From an uncultured Spirochaetales bacterium (lineage in GTDB: Bacteria; Spirochaetota; Spirochaetia; DTKZ01), in assembly GCA_937991975.1 (NCBI GenBank), contig CALKLC010000146.1, positions 1-55,325 of the forward strand: 55,325 bases of DNA, given 5' to 3'. Position numbers and translations under genes: made by a program. This document shows positions 7,626 through 16,592 of this stretch, piece after piece (position 1 is the stretch's first letter; every line of letters begins with the position of its first letter). A model generated the notes under the pieces. That model ran no database searches. It was not told the origin of the DNA and worked only from the letters and a program-made list of their open reading frames with translations.

Positions 7626-7875
7626 ACACAACCCTCCCTTTGGAAAGGAGCAGTTCTTGAAAGGCGGGATCGAGGTGTTCCCCCTGGATGACCCGCCGGG
7701 GCCGGTACTTTTCCACGATAAGATGCAGGATCTTCTCTGCATCCTGCACAGCTTGCTGGTGCAGTTTGAGCCAGTGTTCCTGCCGGGCCTTCTGTCGGGC
7801 TTCCACAAATCGGTACAGGCTCTGGGGGTCTGGATTTTCTCTTTTCACCTGGCTTTGTAAGTCGCGCTTTTCCAA
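7609..7875 (-). CDS. Hypothetical 88-aa protein, possibly another decayed NTase N-terminus
   Basis: The ORF-track protein ends ...AEKILHLIVEKYRPRRVIQGEHLDPAF. This resembles the helix plus GS-x-LD-P-x-F start of some NTase families, but the Ser is replaced and there is no DxD. Weak. Confidence 0.3.
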   Translation of the reverse strand: MEKRDLQSQVKRENPDPQSLYRFVEARQKARQEHWLKLHQQAVQDAEKILHLIVEKYRPRRVIQGEHLDPAFQELLLSKGRVVYESQP

Positions 7876-7978
7876 AAATCTAACCTGCCCCTTCTGCGGG
7901 TTGCGAAAGGGCTTGCACCCTTCTTTCTCCTGCAGTACTTCCGCCCGTCTGCCTCCCGGCCCCCTTCCTTCTGGATCC

Positions 7979-9163
7979 CTACTTAACCGCCTTCTGGAGA
8001 GCCTCCACCTTATCTGTCTTTTCCCAGCTGAAGGTGTCCCGGCCGAAGTGGCCGTAGCAGGAGGTGGACTGATAGATCGGTTTCAACAGGTCGAGGGTTT
8101 TGATGATTCCTGCCACAGAGAAATCGAACACACTCTGGATCGCCTGGATGATTTTGTCGTCCGGCACCTTTCCTGTGCCGAAGGTGTCCACCATGATGGA
8201 AATGGGATGAGGTACCCCGATCGCGTAGGAAACTTGTATCTCGCACCGGTCCGCCAGGCCTGCGGCCACCACGTTCTTTGCCGCGTACCGGGCCATGTAG
8301 GCAGCGGATCGGTCTACCTTGCTGGGATCCTTTCCGCTGAACGCTCCCCCGCCGTGCCGTCCCATGCCTCCGTAGGTATCCACCATGATCTTCCGGCCGG
8401 TAAGACCTGTATCCCCATGGGGCCCGCCGATCACGAACCGGCCTGTGGGGTTGATGAAGTACTTTGTGGTTTTGTCCAGAAGCCCGGTCGGTTCCAGCAC
8501 CGGTTTGATGATCCGCTCGATGATCTCATGCTTAAGATCCTCGTAGCTGATGGTATCGTCGTGCTGGTGGCTCAATACCACCGTATGGATCCGTTTGGGC
8601 GTGAAGCCTTCATACTCGATGGTGACCTGGCTCTTGGAATCGGGCCGCAGCCACGTGATGACCCCATTCTTCCGCACCTCGGCAGCGTACTTTAACAGTT
8701 TGTGGGCATAGAGGATCGGCGCGGGCATCAGCTCCGGGGTTTCCCGGCAGGCAAACCCGAACATCATGCCCTGATCGCCGGCTCCCATCTGCCCTTCGTA
8801 CTCCTTCAACCCTTTTCCGCTTACCCCCTGGTTGATATCGGGACTCTGGGAATGGATTACGTTGATCACCGACATGCTCTCGTAGTCCAACCCGAACTCG
8901 GGCTTCGTGTACCCGATCCGGAGGGCCACCCCCCGGGCGATTTCCTGGATGTCCACGTAGGTCTTCGTGGTAATTTCCCCTCCCACCAGCACCATGCCCG
9001 TGGTAGTGAACACTTCACAGGCCACATGGGACTGGGGATCGTCCTTCAGGCAGGCGTCCAGCACCGCATCGCTAATTTGATCGGCCAGCTTGTCCGGGTG
9101 TCCCTCCGAAACCGATTCGGAAGTGAAAAGGTATCGTTTCTTATCCATTTCTTCTGCATCCAT
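7979..9163 (-). CDS. metK: S-adenosylmethionine synthetase
   Basis: 394 aa with [46 protein letters not shown] and [19 protein letters not shown]. Confidence 0.97.
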   Translation of the reverse strand: MDAEEMDKKRYLFTSESVSEGHPDKLADQISDAVLDACLKDDPQSHVACEVFTTTGMVLVGGEITTKTYVDIQEIARGVALRIGYTKPEFGLDYESMSVINVIHSQSPDINQGVSGKGLKEYEGQMGAGDQGMMFGFACRETPELMPAPILYAHKLLKYAAEVRKNGVITWLRPDSKSQVTIEYEGFTPKRIHTVVLSHQHDDTISYEDLKHEIIERIIKPVLEPTGLLDKTTKYFINPTGRFVIGGPHGDTGLTGRKIMVDTYGGMGRHGGGAFSGKDPSKVDRSAAYMARYAAKNVVAAGLADRCEIQVSYAIGVPHPISIMVDTFGTGKVPDDKIIQAIQSVFDFSVAGIIKTLDLLKPIYQSTSCYGHFGRDTFSWEKTDKVEALQKAVK

Positions 9164-9210
9164 CCTTTGTTCGTAATCTTTAATTCTATCTCAGGCTTCC
9201 GCCACGTATT

Positions 9211-9741
9211 CTAAAGACGCAGTTCTTTATACCGCGCTTCGAGGGTGTTTGCAAGGGTGCGGAAGGCTTCGAGAAAGATTCCGGCCCGCTCAATCAGCCG
9301 GGCAATTTCCGGTTCGTTCTATTCGTGAGCGGAGAGGTTCCGTTGTTCGATCATCCGAAGCCAGATCTCTTCGTCCTGCAGGAGCCCTTGCTGGTATGCC
9401 TCCTTGAAGCAGCTTCCCGGATTCTGCACCTCGATACCCACGAAGGATAGGTACCGCTTCAGAACTTTCCAGCTCATCTCATAGGAAAACTCGAACCGTT
9501 TCACCAGAATGTCCAGGTACACATCTCCGAATCCATGGGTTCGGAAGGAATCCCTCCGCTCGTATACGGATTCGAAGGCTACATCGATGTCTGAGGTGAG
9601 GGAGGCTTCTCCAAAAGCTTCTGAACCGTACAGCCAGATACGGACAGGCTTCGCATGCTTCAGGATGATCTGTTTTACCTTTTGCAGGATCTCTCCCCGG
9701 GTCACGGGACATTCCTCCAGATAAGAACACAGGGCCCGCAA
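9211..9741 (-). pseudogene. Fused MNT fragment plus HI0074-type (HEPN-like) NTase substrate-binding protein, with an in-frame TAG
   Basis: The N-terminus has VRIWLYGSEAFGEASLTSDIDVAFE (NTase motif). It runs directly into ...KRFEFSYEMSWKVLKRYL...IEQRNLSAHE, then TAG (9319-9321), then the same frame continues NEPEIARLIERAGIFLEAFRTLANTLEARYKELRL to the stop at 9211-9213. The TAG sits where the family motif RN-x-x-x-H-x-Y has Tyr. Confidence 0.6.
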
Positions 9742-9829
9742 AGGATTGAAACGGGTGTCGGCTTCAAAGACGCGGTGTCTAAGCTAAATTCTGCTATCTG
9801 TATTGGCCGCTACCTCAATACCTAGAATC

Positions 9830-11449
9830 CTAATACCTATAATGGGAGGGTTTGAAGGGTCCATCCACCGGCACTCCGATGTACTCTGCCTGTTCGGGAC
9901 GGAGTTGGGTGAGCTTCACCCCCAGGTGGTCCAGGTGCAATCGGGCTACCATTTCGTCCAGGTGCTTGGGGAGAATGTATACCTTCTTTTCATACTGTTG
10001 AAGGTTCTGGGCCAACTCGATTTGCGCCAGTGTCTGGTTCGAGAAAGAGGTAGACATGACAAAGGAAGGGTGACCTGTGGCGCAACCCAGGTTCAAGAGA
10101 CGTCCTTCCGCGAGGATCAGGATGCTGTGCCCGTCCGGGAAGGTCCACCTGTCGTACTGAGGTTTGATGTTTGTCTTCTTGATGCCGGGAACTTTTGCAA
10201 GGCCGGCCATGTCGATCTCATTATCGAAGTGGCCGATGTTCCCCACAATGGCCCCGTCCTTCATCCGCATCATGTGTTCCACTGTAATTACATTGTAATT
10301 CCCTGTGGCTGTAATGAAGATGTCGGCAAACTCCACCACATCCTCGAGGGTTTTCACCTCGTACCCTTCCATTGCGGCCTGCAGTGCGCAGATGGGGTCG
10401 ATCTCGGTAACGATCACCCGGGCTCCCTGCCCCCGCAGTGCCTGGGCGCTTCCTTTGCCTACCTCACCGTACCCACACACAACGGCTGTTTTTCCTCCGA
10501 TCATCACATCCGTAGCCCGGTTCAGCCCGTCGATGAGGGAGTGCCGGCAGCCGTAGATGTTATCGAACTTGGACTTGGTGACCGAATCGTTCACGTTGAT
10601 GGCAGTAAAAAGCAGGGTGCCCTCTTTTTCCATACGATACAGACGGTGCACCCCCGTGGTGGTTTCCTCTGTTACCCCCCGAATCTGAGGAACAGTCTGT
10701 AGCCATCGGCCAGGGGTTTCCTTCTGGATCCGGGCGAGGCAGAGGAGGAGTTCCTTCAGGTCCGCGGGATCGTCGGGTTTCGGAGAAGGAACAGAACCTG
10801 CCCGATCGAACTCATACCCCATATGTACCATCAGGGTGGCATCCCCTCCGTCGTCCACAATCTGGTGAGGGCCGCGGGGTGGTCTTTGTCGGGGGGAAGA
10901 GGTGCTTTCAGATCGGCTTCCCGCTGCCACGGAAAGACTGCCGCTATTTGAAGGGTTCCTGCCAGCATAGGATTCGGGCACGATTGAAGAGGCTTCAGGA
11001 CCAGCCGCAATTCCCGTTACCCCGCGTTTACCGGCTGTACCCTCTGGACCGACACTGTCATACTCGGGAGCCGAGAAGTCCAGCGCCCGCTCCGTGCACC
11101 ACCAGTACTCTTCCAGCGTCTCCCCTTTCCAGGCAAACACGGGAACCCCTTTCGGGTTTTCCGCTGTCCCATTGCGACCTACAACTACCGCCGCTGCCGC
11201 GTGATCCTGGGTAGAGAAGATGTTACAGGAACACCACCGCACCTGAGCCCCCAGATCGGTAAGCGTCTCGATCAGTACCGCGGTCTGGATCGTCATGTGG
11301 AGGCTTCCCGTGATTCGAATCCCTTTTAACGGCTGCTTGTCTTTCCATTCAGCCCGGATCGCCATCAGGCCCGGCATCTCTTTCTCGGCGAGATCTATCT
11401 CTTTCCGGCCCCACTCGGCCAGGGAAAGGTCTTTTACCTTGAACTCCAT
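9830..11449 (-). CDS. ahcY: Adenosylhomocysteinase, with an extra low-complexity insert
   Basis: 539 aa with [67 protein letters not shown] and C-terminal [10 protein letters not shown]. Confidence 0.95.
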   Translation of the reverse strand: MEFKVKDLSLAEWGRKEIDLAEKEMPGLMAIRAEWKDKQPLKGIRITGSLHMTIQTAVLIETLTDLGAQVRWCSCNIFSTQDHAAAAVVVGRNGTAENPKGVPVFAWKGETLEEYWWCTERALDFSAPEYDSVGPEGTAGKRGVTGIAAGPEASSIVPESYAGRNPSNSGSLSVAAGSRSESTSSPRQRPPRGPHQIVDDGGDATLMVHMGYEFDRAGSVPSPKPDDPADLKELLLCLARIQKETPGRWLQTVPQIRGVTEETTTGVHRLYRMEKEGTLLFTAINVNDSVTKSKFDNIYGCRHSLIDGLNRATDVMIGGKTAVVCGYGEVGKGSAQALRGQGARVIVTEIDPICALQAAMEGYEVKTLEDVVEFADIFITATGNYNVITVEHMMRMKDGAIVGNIGHFDNEIDMAGLAKVPGIKKTNIKPQYDRWTFPDGHSILILAEGRLLNLGCATGHPSFVMSTSFSNQTLAQIELAQNLQQYEKKVYILPKHLDEMVARLHLDHLGVKLTQLRPEQAEYIGVPVDGPFKPSHYRY

Positions 11450-11581
11450 GTGTTTTCCTTCTCCTATATAAGGGTGTAATTATGCTTCGATTCCAAACAA
11501 ATTAGTCCAGAATATTTAGTCAGGCGAAAATCCGCCGCTTTTGCCTTGAACTGTTAAATCCCAGGATTCTATTCCAGTAGT

Positions 11582-12202
11582 TTAGGTTCGAATCAACAGG
11601 TTCCGCAGGTACAACCGAACCCCTTCCCGGGAATCCTCTGTACCTTCGGACACCGGAACTTCGGGCCCCGGGGCCACGTCTGTTAAAGGTGTTCCAGACA
11701 AATAGGTATGAGATGATGCCCCGTTCAACAGTGTTTGCATAGAAAGGGGAACCTCGTTCTCTGATACCAGGATGCACTCATTATTGCGGGGCCGGTACCC
11801 ATTGGCAGTTCTGGAAAACTGGAGTCCTGTTTTCGAACATAGATGCTCGATAAGGAAATCCACATCACTCTCCCCTTCCAGAAAGATCCGTTCTATCCCC
11901 TGCTCCTTTAACCGGCGAAGGGTGTGCTCCAGCTGTTCCTTGTAAAACACGATGTTCTTGATTGTACGCTTGAAATAGTTGTAGCTCCGTTTGGAGATCT
12001 CCTCCACCCCCGCAGGACTGACGATGTACTTGATGTTCCGATTGTTCACCTTTCGGACCATCAGGAACCCTTTCGTTGCGAGCCGCTTCAGGATGACGTT
12101 GGTCATTCCCAGGGAAAGGCCTACAATACGTGAAAGATCCCTCTGGTGGAGGGATGTATCCTGGTGGAGGTGTTCGAGAATTTCTAATTCTTTTTCATGC
12201 AT
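11582..12202 (-). CDS. Winged-helix (MarR-like) transcriptional regulator with an extra C-terminal domain
   Basis: The N-terminus LHQRDLSRIVGLSLGMTNVILKRLATKGFLMVRK is a wHTH. The rest is of unknown function, and the C-terminal extent is taken from the ORF track. Confidence 0.6.
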   Translation of the reverse strand: MHEKELEILEHLHQDTSLHQRDLSRIVGLSLGMTNVILKRLATKGFLMVRKVNNRNIKYIVSPAGVEEISKRSYNYFKRTIKNIVFYKEQLEHTLRRLKEQGIERIFLEGESDVDFLIEHLCSKTGLQFSRTANGYRPRNNECILVSENEVPLSMQTLLNGASSHTYLSGTPLTDVAPGPEVPVSEGTEDSREGVRLYLRNLLIRT

Positions 12203-12511
12203 AGAAATAAAGAACCACTTTTAAAATGATACGCATGGATCTAACTATCCGTATTTTGGCTACCCGTGTTTATGGATATGACTGCGGAACATCGTTTGAC
12301 CGGATACCCTTTACCAAAGGATAGGGCCCTCCCTTTCCCTTTGAATGCTCTTCGATTTGAATGCTCTTCAAAAGGATCAATCCGAGAAAGAGAAAGACCC
12401 CCTACCGGCACGAACGCAGCCGAAACATGCTGTTCGCACTCAGTACGGGTATGTGCAAACCGATCATTCGGTTCGCAGAACTCCCATTTCTGGAATGTTC
12501 ACTAATCGAAC

Positions 12512-12539
12512 ATTATAGCACGCTTAACGACAATTTCAA
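12512..12539 (-). promoter_or_regulatory. Sigma-70-like promoter TTGAAA-16 nt-TATAAT, reading leftward
   Basis: The minus strand reads ccTTGAAAttgtcgttaagcgtgcTATAATg. This would give a leader of about 300 nt before the ATG at 12202. Sequence prediction only. Confidence 0.35.
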
Positions 12540-12633
12540 GGTTACCTTTACAAAGTTCCACCGAAAAATTATGGGCCCAAATAAGGCGGCGCAGGAACCT
12601 ATTTCGAAGCTCTATGCACCGCAAGAAAACATT

Positions 12634-12793
12634 AGTGGTGCCAAAATTGTGGCAGTGTAAAACACTTCTCCATAAACCGTGTTGCCTCCCCCGGACAAGG
12701 GCCTCCTCTGCATAAGGCCTGCCATAAGGGCCTGCAAAGATAGAAAGTTCATTGTAATTTCATAGGTGAACTCGCCACAATTTCGGCACCACT
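12634..12793. repeat. Inverted pair of the conserved 20-mer flanking 120 bp
   Basis: AGTGGTGCCAAAATTGTGGC at 12634..12653, and its reverse complement with one mismatch (GCCACAATTTCGGCACCACT) at 12774..12793. Confidence 0.9.
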
Positions 12794-13129
12794 TGAAAAG
12801 CAATTACAGTTCTACATAACACAGCACTGGTAATTTCGAAGCCCCGCCACCATAAGAAAACGAACAAAACCATGCCCGTCGGGTTCTAGGCCATCGATTG
12901 ATAGCCTGTTGATTTATAGCCCGGCGATTCACAGTCCGTCGATTCACCGCTCATCGACTGAGGGGCGCCCTCACCACCCTGCCTCAATGGGTTCCCTAAA
13001 GTTTTTCTGTCACGATAACGAGCCCGGCCGGTTGAACGCGTCGGCCGGATCCCTGCCTCACTGTGTTCCTCCAAGGTGTTCTTTACCTCCAAGTACCCTT
13101 CCTTTCATTACCCTGCCTCAATGGGTTCC

Positions 13130-14707
13130 CTAAAGTTTTTCTGTCTGCCTCCGATTCAGGATGGGTTCCCGGGCTGCCCGTACCTCGTCCAGTCTTCCTA
13201 CAGGAGTATCATGGGGCGCTTCGTGGAGCAGATCAGGGGATGTGACAGCTTCCTGAGCGATTTGTAAGAGGGCTTCGGCAAAGGCCTCGAGGGTTTGCCG
13301 GGATTCGGTTTCTGTGGGCTCGATCATGAGGGCCTCCTTCACGATCAAGGGGAAGTAGACCGTGGGAGGATGGAAGCCGTAATCGAGGAGTCGCTTCGCA
13401 ATGTCCATCGTATGTATTCCCGGTGCTACTTCGCCGGTAGCCACAAACTCGTGCATGCAGGGCCTTTCATAGGGGATCCTATACGTCTTTTCGATCAGGT
13501 GTTTGAGGTAATTCGCATTGAGAACTGCATGCTCGGCCACTGAGCGTAACCCATCCCCCCCCATCTGGAGGATATAGGTAAAGGCACGAACCAGGATCCC
13601 AAAGTTCCCGTAGAAGGCTTTCACCCGGCCAATCGATTTTTCCGGATAGACAAGAGTGAAGTACTCCGAATACACCTCGGGGAGCCCCGTTCGATCGACA
13701 GAATGCCCAGTTCGATGAAGGCTCTCTTTCTGCTTTTCAACCTGTTCCCGGAAATTGGGCTGCTCCTGACTCCTTTGTTCTAATCTCCGAACGACTGGGC
13801 CGGGGAGGTAAGGAGCCAGAAGGGCTCCGGCTCCCACAGGACCCGCGCCCGGTCCCCCGCCCCCGTGGGGAGTGGAGAAAGTCTTGTGCAGGTTGAAATG
13901 CATCACATCGATCCCCACATCGGCTGGTTTCAAATATCCCAGAAGGGCATTGAAGTTGGCTCCATCCCCATACACGAGCCCACCGGCCCGGTGCACGATG
14001 GACGTCACCTCCTCGATATGTTCTTCGAACAAGCCGAGGGTATTAGGATTGGTGATCATGAGCCCCGCTACAGTGTCGTCACACCGCTCTCGAAGGACAG
14101 CCAGATCCACGTTCCCCCGTTTATCCGAGGGGATCTGCTCTGCCGTAAACCCAGCCATGGACACCGATGCCGGGTTCGTGCCGTGAGCACTGTCAGGGAT
14201 CAGGATTCGGGTGCGCTTCGTGTCTCCCCGATCCTGGTGAAAGGCCCGGATCATCAGGACCCCGGTAAGTTCCCCCTGCGCGCCCGCAGCCGGTTGAAGG
14301 GAAACGGAGTGGAAACCTGTGAGGGTTTCGATCGCGGTCTGTAACCGGTAGAGGAGCTCCAGGCTGCCCTGACAGAGATCTTCCGGCAGCAGGGGATGGG
14401 CTTCGGAAAAGCCAGGGAGGGAAGCTGCCAGATCGTTCACCTTGGGGTTGTACTTCATCGTGCAGGAGCCAAGTGGATACATGTGTGTGTCGATACTATA
14501 GTTCAGCCGGGATAATCGGGTGAAATGCCGTACTACTTCCAGTTCGGATACTTCCGGAAGGGGAAGATCCCTTCGAAGGGGGATCTCTTCTGGCAGAGGG
14601 TACTCGGGAACATCCGGTTCTGGAACCGATGCCCCTACCCTCCCTGGAGCCGAAAGCTCCCAGATGAAAGGTTCTACCGTACGGATCCGATGTTTTCTCG
14701 TTGTCAT
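13130..14707 (-). CDS. gcvPB: Glycine dehydrogenase (decarboxylating) subunit 2
   Basis: 525 aa with NYSIDTHMYPLGSCTMKYNP, the HFNLHKTFSTPHGGGGPG PLP-lysine region and operon context. Confidence 0.93.
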   Translation of the reverse strand: MTTRKHRIRTVEPFIWELSAPGRVGASVPEPDVPEYPLPEEIPLRRDLPLPEVSELEVVRHFTRLSRLNYSIDTHMYPLGSCTMKYNPKVNDLAASLPGFSEAHPLLPEDLCQGSLELLYRLQTAIETLTGFHSVSLQPAAGAQGELTGVLMIRAFHQDRGDTKRTRILIPDSAHGTNPASVSMAGFTAEQIPSDKRGNVDLAVLRERCDDTVAGLMITNPNTLGLFEEHIEEVTSIVHRAGGLVYGDGANFNALLGYLKPADVGIDVMHFNLHKTFSTPHGGGGPGAGPVGAGALLAPYLPGPVVRRLEQRSQEQPNFREQVEKQKESLHRTGHSVDRTGLPEVYSEYFTLVYPEKSIGRVKAFYGNFGILVRAFTYILQMGGDGLRSVAEHAVLNANYLKHLIEKTYRIPYERPCMHEFVATGEVAPGIHTMDIAKRLLDYGFHPPTVYFPLIVKEALMIEPTETESRQTLEAFAEALLQIAQEAVTSPDLLHEAPHDTPVGRLDEVRAAREPILNRRQTEKL

Positions 14708-14718
14708 GGAGTTACCCT

Positions 14719-14740
14719 ATACACAAGGTTCGATAAAGAA
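14719..14740 (-). mobile_element. Solo IS-end (TIR-like) sequence upstream of gcvPB
   Basis: Plus-strand ATACACAAGGTTCGATAAAGAA matches the right end of the IS at 32837..32858 (ATACACAAGGTTCGATGAAGTA), 16 nt exact and 20/22 overall. No partner repeat or transposase nearby. Confidence 0.7.
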
Positions 14741-14834
14741 AGAAGCGCTGCATTTCTTCCATTTTTTCAATCAATTTTCTCAATTTTTAAGGATATTACC
14801 GCCCCTGGAGCGCCCTAAATTTTATCAGAGCGAC

Positions 14835-16193
14835 CTACCTGTTCTCCCTCTTTGCCTGGATACCCCGCAGGGCCTCGGCCAGGCGGTCGATCTCTTCCCT
14901 CGTATTCAGTTCCGTCACACAGACGAGAAGCTCCTGGTTCCTGTCCGGGTAATACTTCGAAAGGGGTAAGCCCGGCACTATACGGTGCTCGACCAAGCGG
15001 CGCACTACCTCCTCAGCCGAAATCGGGCACTGGAGCACGAACTCCCGGAAAAAGGGGGAAGGACTCGTTACCCGAAATCCAGAAAGGGATCCCAATCGCT
15101 CGGCCGCGTAGCAGGCCTTTCGATAGGTAAGCTCTGCAACCTTGCGTAACCCCGTTTTTCCCAATAGAGATAGGTAAACGGCCGCTCGCAGAGCCACGTG
15201 CCCCTGGTTGGAGCAGATGTTACTGGTGGCTTTCTCCCGTCGAATGTGCTGTTCCCGTGTATTCAGTGTCAATACGAACCCATTTTTATCCCTTCGGTCA
15301 CAGGTGACTCCCGCCAGTCGTCCAGGCATCTTTCGCAGAAGCTCCCCCCGGGTAGCAAAGATCCCCAGGCCAGGCCCCCCAAAGGAGAGATGGCTTCCCA
15401 GACACTGTCCTTCCCCTGTGACGATGTCCGCTCCGAAGGATCCTGGAGGTTCGAACAGGGCTAAGGAGATAGGATCCACAGAAACCACGAAGAGAGCCCC
15501 CTTCTCATGGGTGGCCATACACAAGCTTCGATAAACTAGGAGGGTTCCCGTAAAAGTGGGAAACGGCACCACCACGCAGCACACCGTTTCATCAACCAAC
15601 CCCTCCAGCTCCTCCGGCCTCCACGCCCCTTCCTCTATCCCCCGGATCCGCAAACCGAAGGGCTCAATGTAGGTTTTCACCGTTTCGATGTACTCAGGGT
15701 GTAGGGCAGAAGAAAGCACCACGGTTTTTCGCTCCCCTCCCCTTGCCCGGTAGGCCAGCAGGACCCCTTCGGCCAAAGCTGCAGCCCCATCGTAGTGGGA
15801 AGCGTTCACCGTATCCATTCCCAGGAGGTCTGCCAGTAGACTCTGGTATTCGAACATAGCCTGGAGGGTCCCCTGGCTCGCCTCGGGCTGGTAGGGTGTG
15901 TAGGAAGTGAGGAACTCGCCGCGGGACACGATCGCTTCCAGGGCCGCAGGGATAAAATGCCGGTACGCTCCCGCACCCAGGAAAAAGGCAGTTTCCTCGG
16001 CTGTTGTGTTCCGGGAAGCGATCCGTTTCAGTTCCCTCACCACTTCCGCTTCAGACAGGGGAGGGGGCAGATCGATTACCGGCTTCCGATGCTTTTCCGG
16101 GATAGCCTGAAACAGATCTTCTACCCTCTCTAAGCCGAGGGCAGAGAGCATCACCCGGCGATCCTCATCCGTATGGGGAATATAGGGAATCAT
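14835..16193 (-). CDS. gcvPA: Glycine dehydrogenase (decarboxylating) subunit 1
   Basis: 452 aa. [37 protein letters not shown] and operon context. The start overlaps the gcvH stop by 4 nt. Confidence 0.93.
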   Translation of the reverse strand: MIPYIPHTDEDRRVMLSALGLERVEDLFQAIPEKHRKPVIDLPPPLSEAEVVRELKRIASRNTTAEETAFFLGAGAYRHFIPAALEAIVSRGEFLTSYTPYQPEASQGTLQAMFEYQSLLADLLGMDTVNASHYDGAAALAEGVLLAYRARGGERKTVVLSSALHPEYIETVKTYIEPFGLRIRGIEEGAWRPEELEGLVDETVCCVVVPFPTFTGTLLVYRSLCMATHEKGALFVVSVDPISLALFEPPGSFGADIVTGEGQCLGSHLSFGGPGLGIFATRGELLRKMPGRLAGVTCDRRDKNGFVLTLNTREQHIRREKATSNICSNQGHVALRAAVYLSLLGKTGLRKVAELTYRKACYAAERLGSLSGFRVTSPSPFFREFVLQCPISAEEVVRRLVEHRIVPGLPLSKYYPDRNQELLVCVTELNTREEIDRLAEALRGIQAKRENR

Positions 16194-16573
16194 AGACCTT
16201 TGACGAAGGCTTCGTACTCGGTAGCGGAAAGAAGTTCCTCGTACTCACTCGGGTTCGAAGCCTGGATCTTTACGAACCATCCAGCACCGAAGGGCTCCTT
16301 ATTCACCAGGGAAGGATCATCCTTCAGCTTGCTGTTCACTTCCACAATGGTGCCCGAAAGGGGGGCGTACACATCACTGGCGGCTTTCACCGATTCTACC
16401 ACCCCGAAGGCGTCCCCTTTCTTCACAACCTTACCCGTTACCGGTAGTTCCACGAACACCACATCCCCCAGGCTATCCTGCGCATAGTCTGAGATTCCGA
16501 CGGTAAACAGGGTTCCGTCTTTTCGAGCCCACTCATGAGACTTCTGGTACTTTACCTCAGGATCGTATGTCAT
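16190..16573 (-). CDS. gcvH: Glycine cleavage system H protein
   Basis: 127 aa, with HEWARKDG, the lipoyl-lysine motif [16 protein letters not shown] and GAGWFVKI. Confidence 0.95.
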   Translation of the reverse strand: MTYDPEVKYQKSHEWARKDGTLFTVGISDYAQDSLGDVVFVELPVTGKVVKKGDAFGVVESVKAASDVYAPLSGTIVEVNSKLKDDPSLVNKEPFGAGWFVKIQASNPSEYEELLSATEYEAFVKGL

Positions 16574-16592
16574 ACGTTCCCCCTTCTGATTT

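Noticed and set aside
9164-9210. SAM riboswitch upstream of metK and SAH riboswitch upstream of ahcY (11450-11581)
   Set aside because: The metK leader is too short. The ahcY upstream region shows only a weak hairpin that looks like the terminator of the preceding gene. No conserved SAM-I, SAM-II or SAH cores are recognisable by eye.
9319-9321. Possibility that in-frame TAG codons (here and at about 7080) signal stop-codon reassignment or pyrrolysine
   Set aside because: TAG terminates well-conserved genes at the expected positions in this same window (gcvPB, rpmH, and the MNT and transposase ORFs). No pyl genes are seen. Nonsense mutations in decaying TA genes are the simpler explanation.
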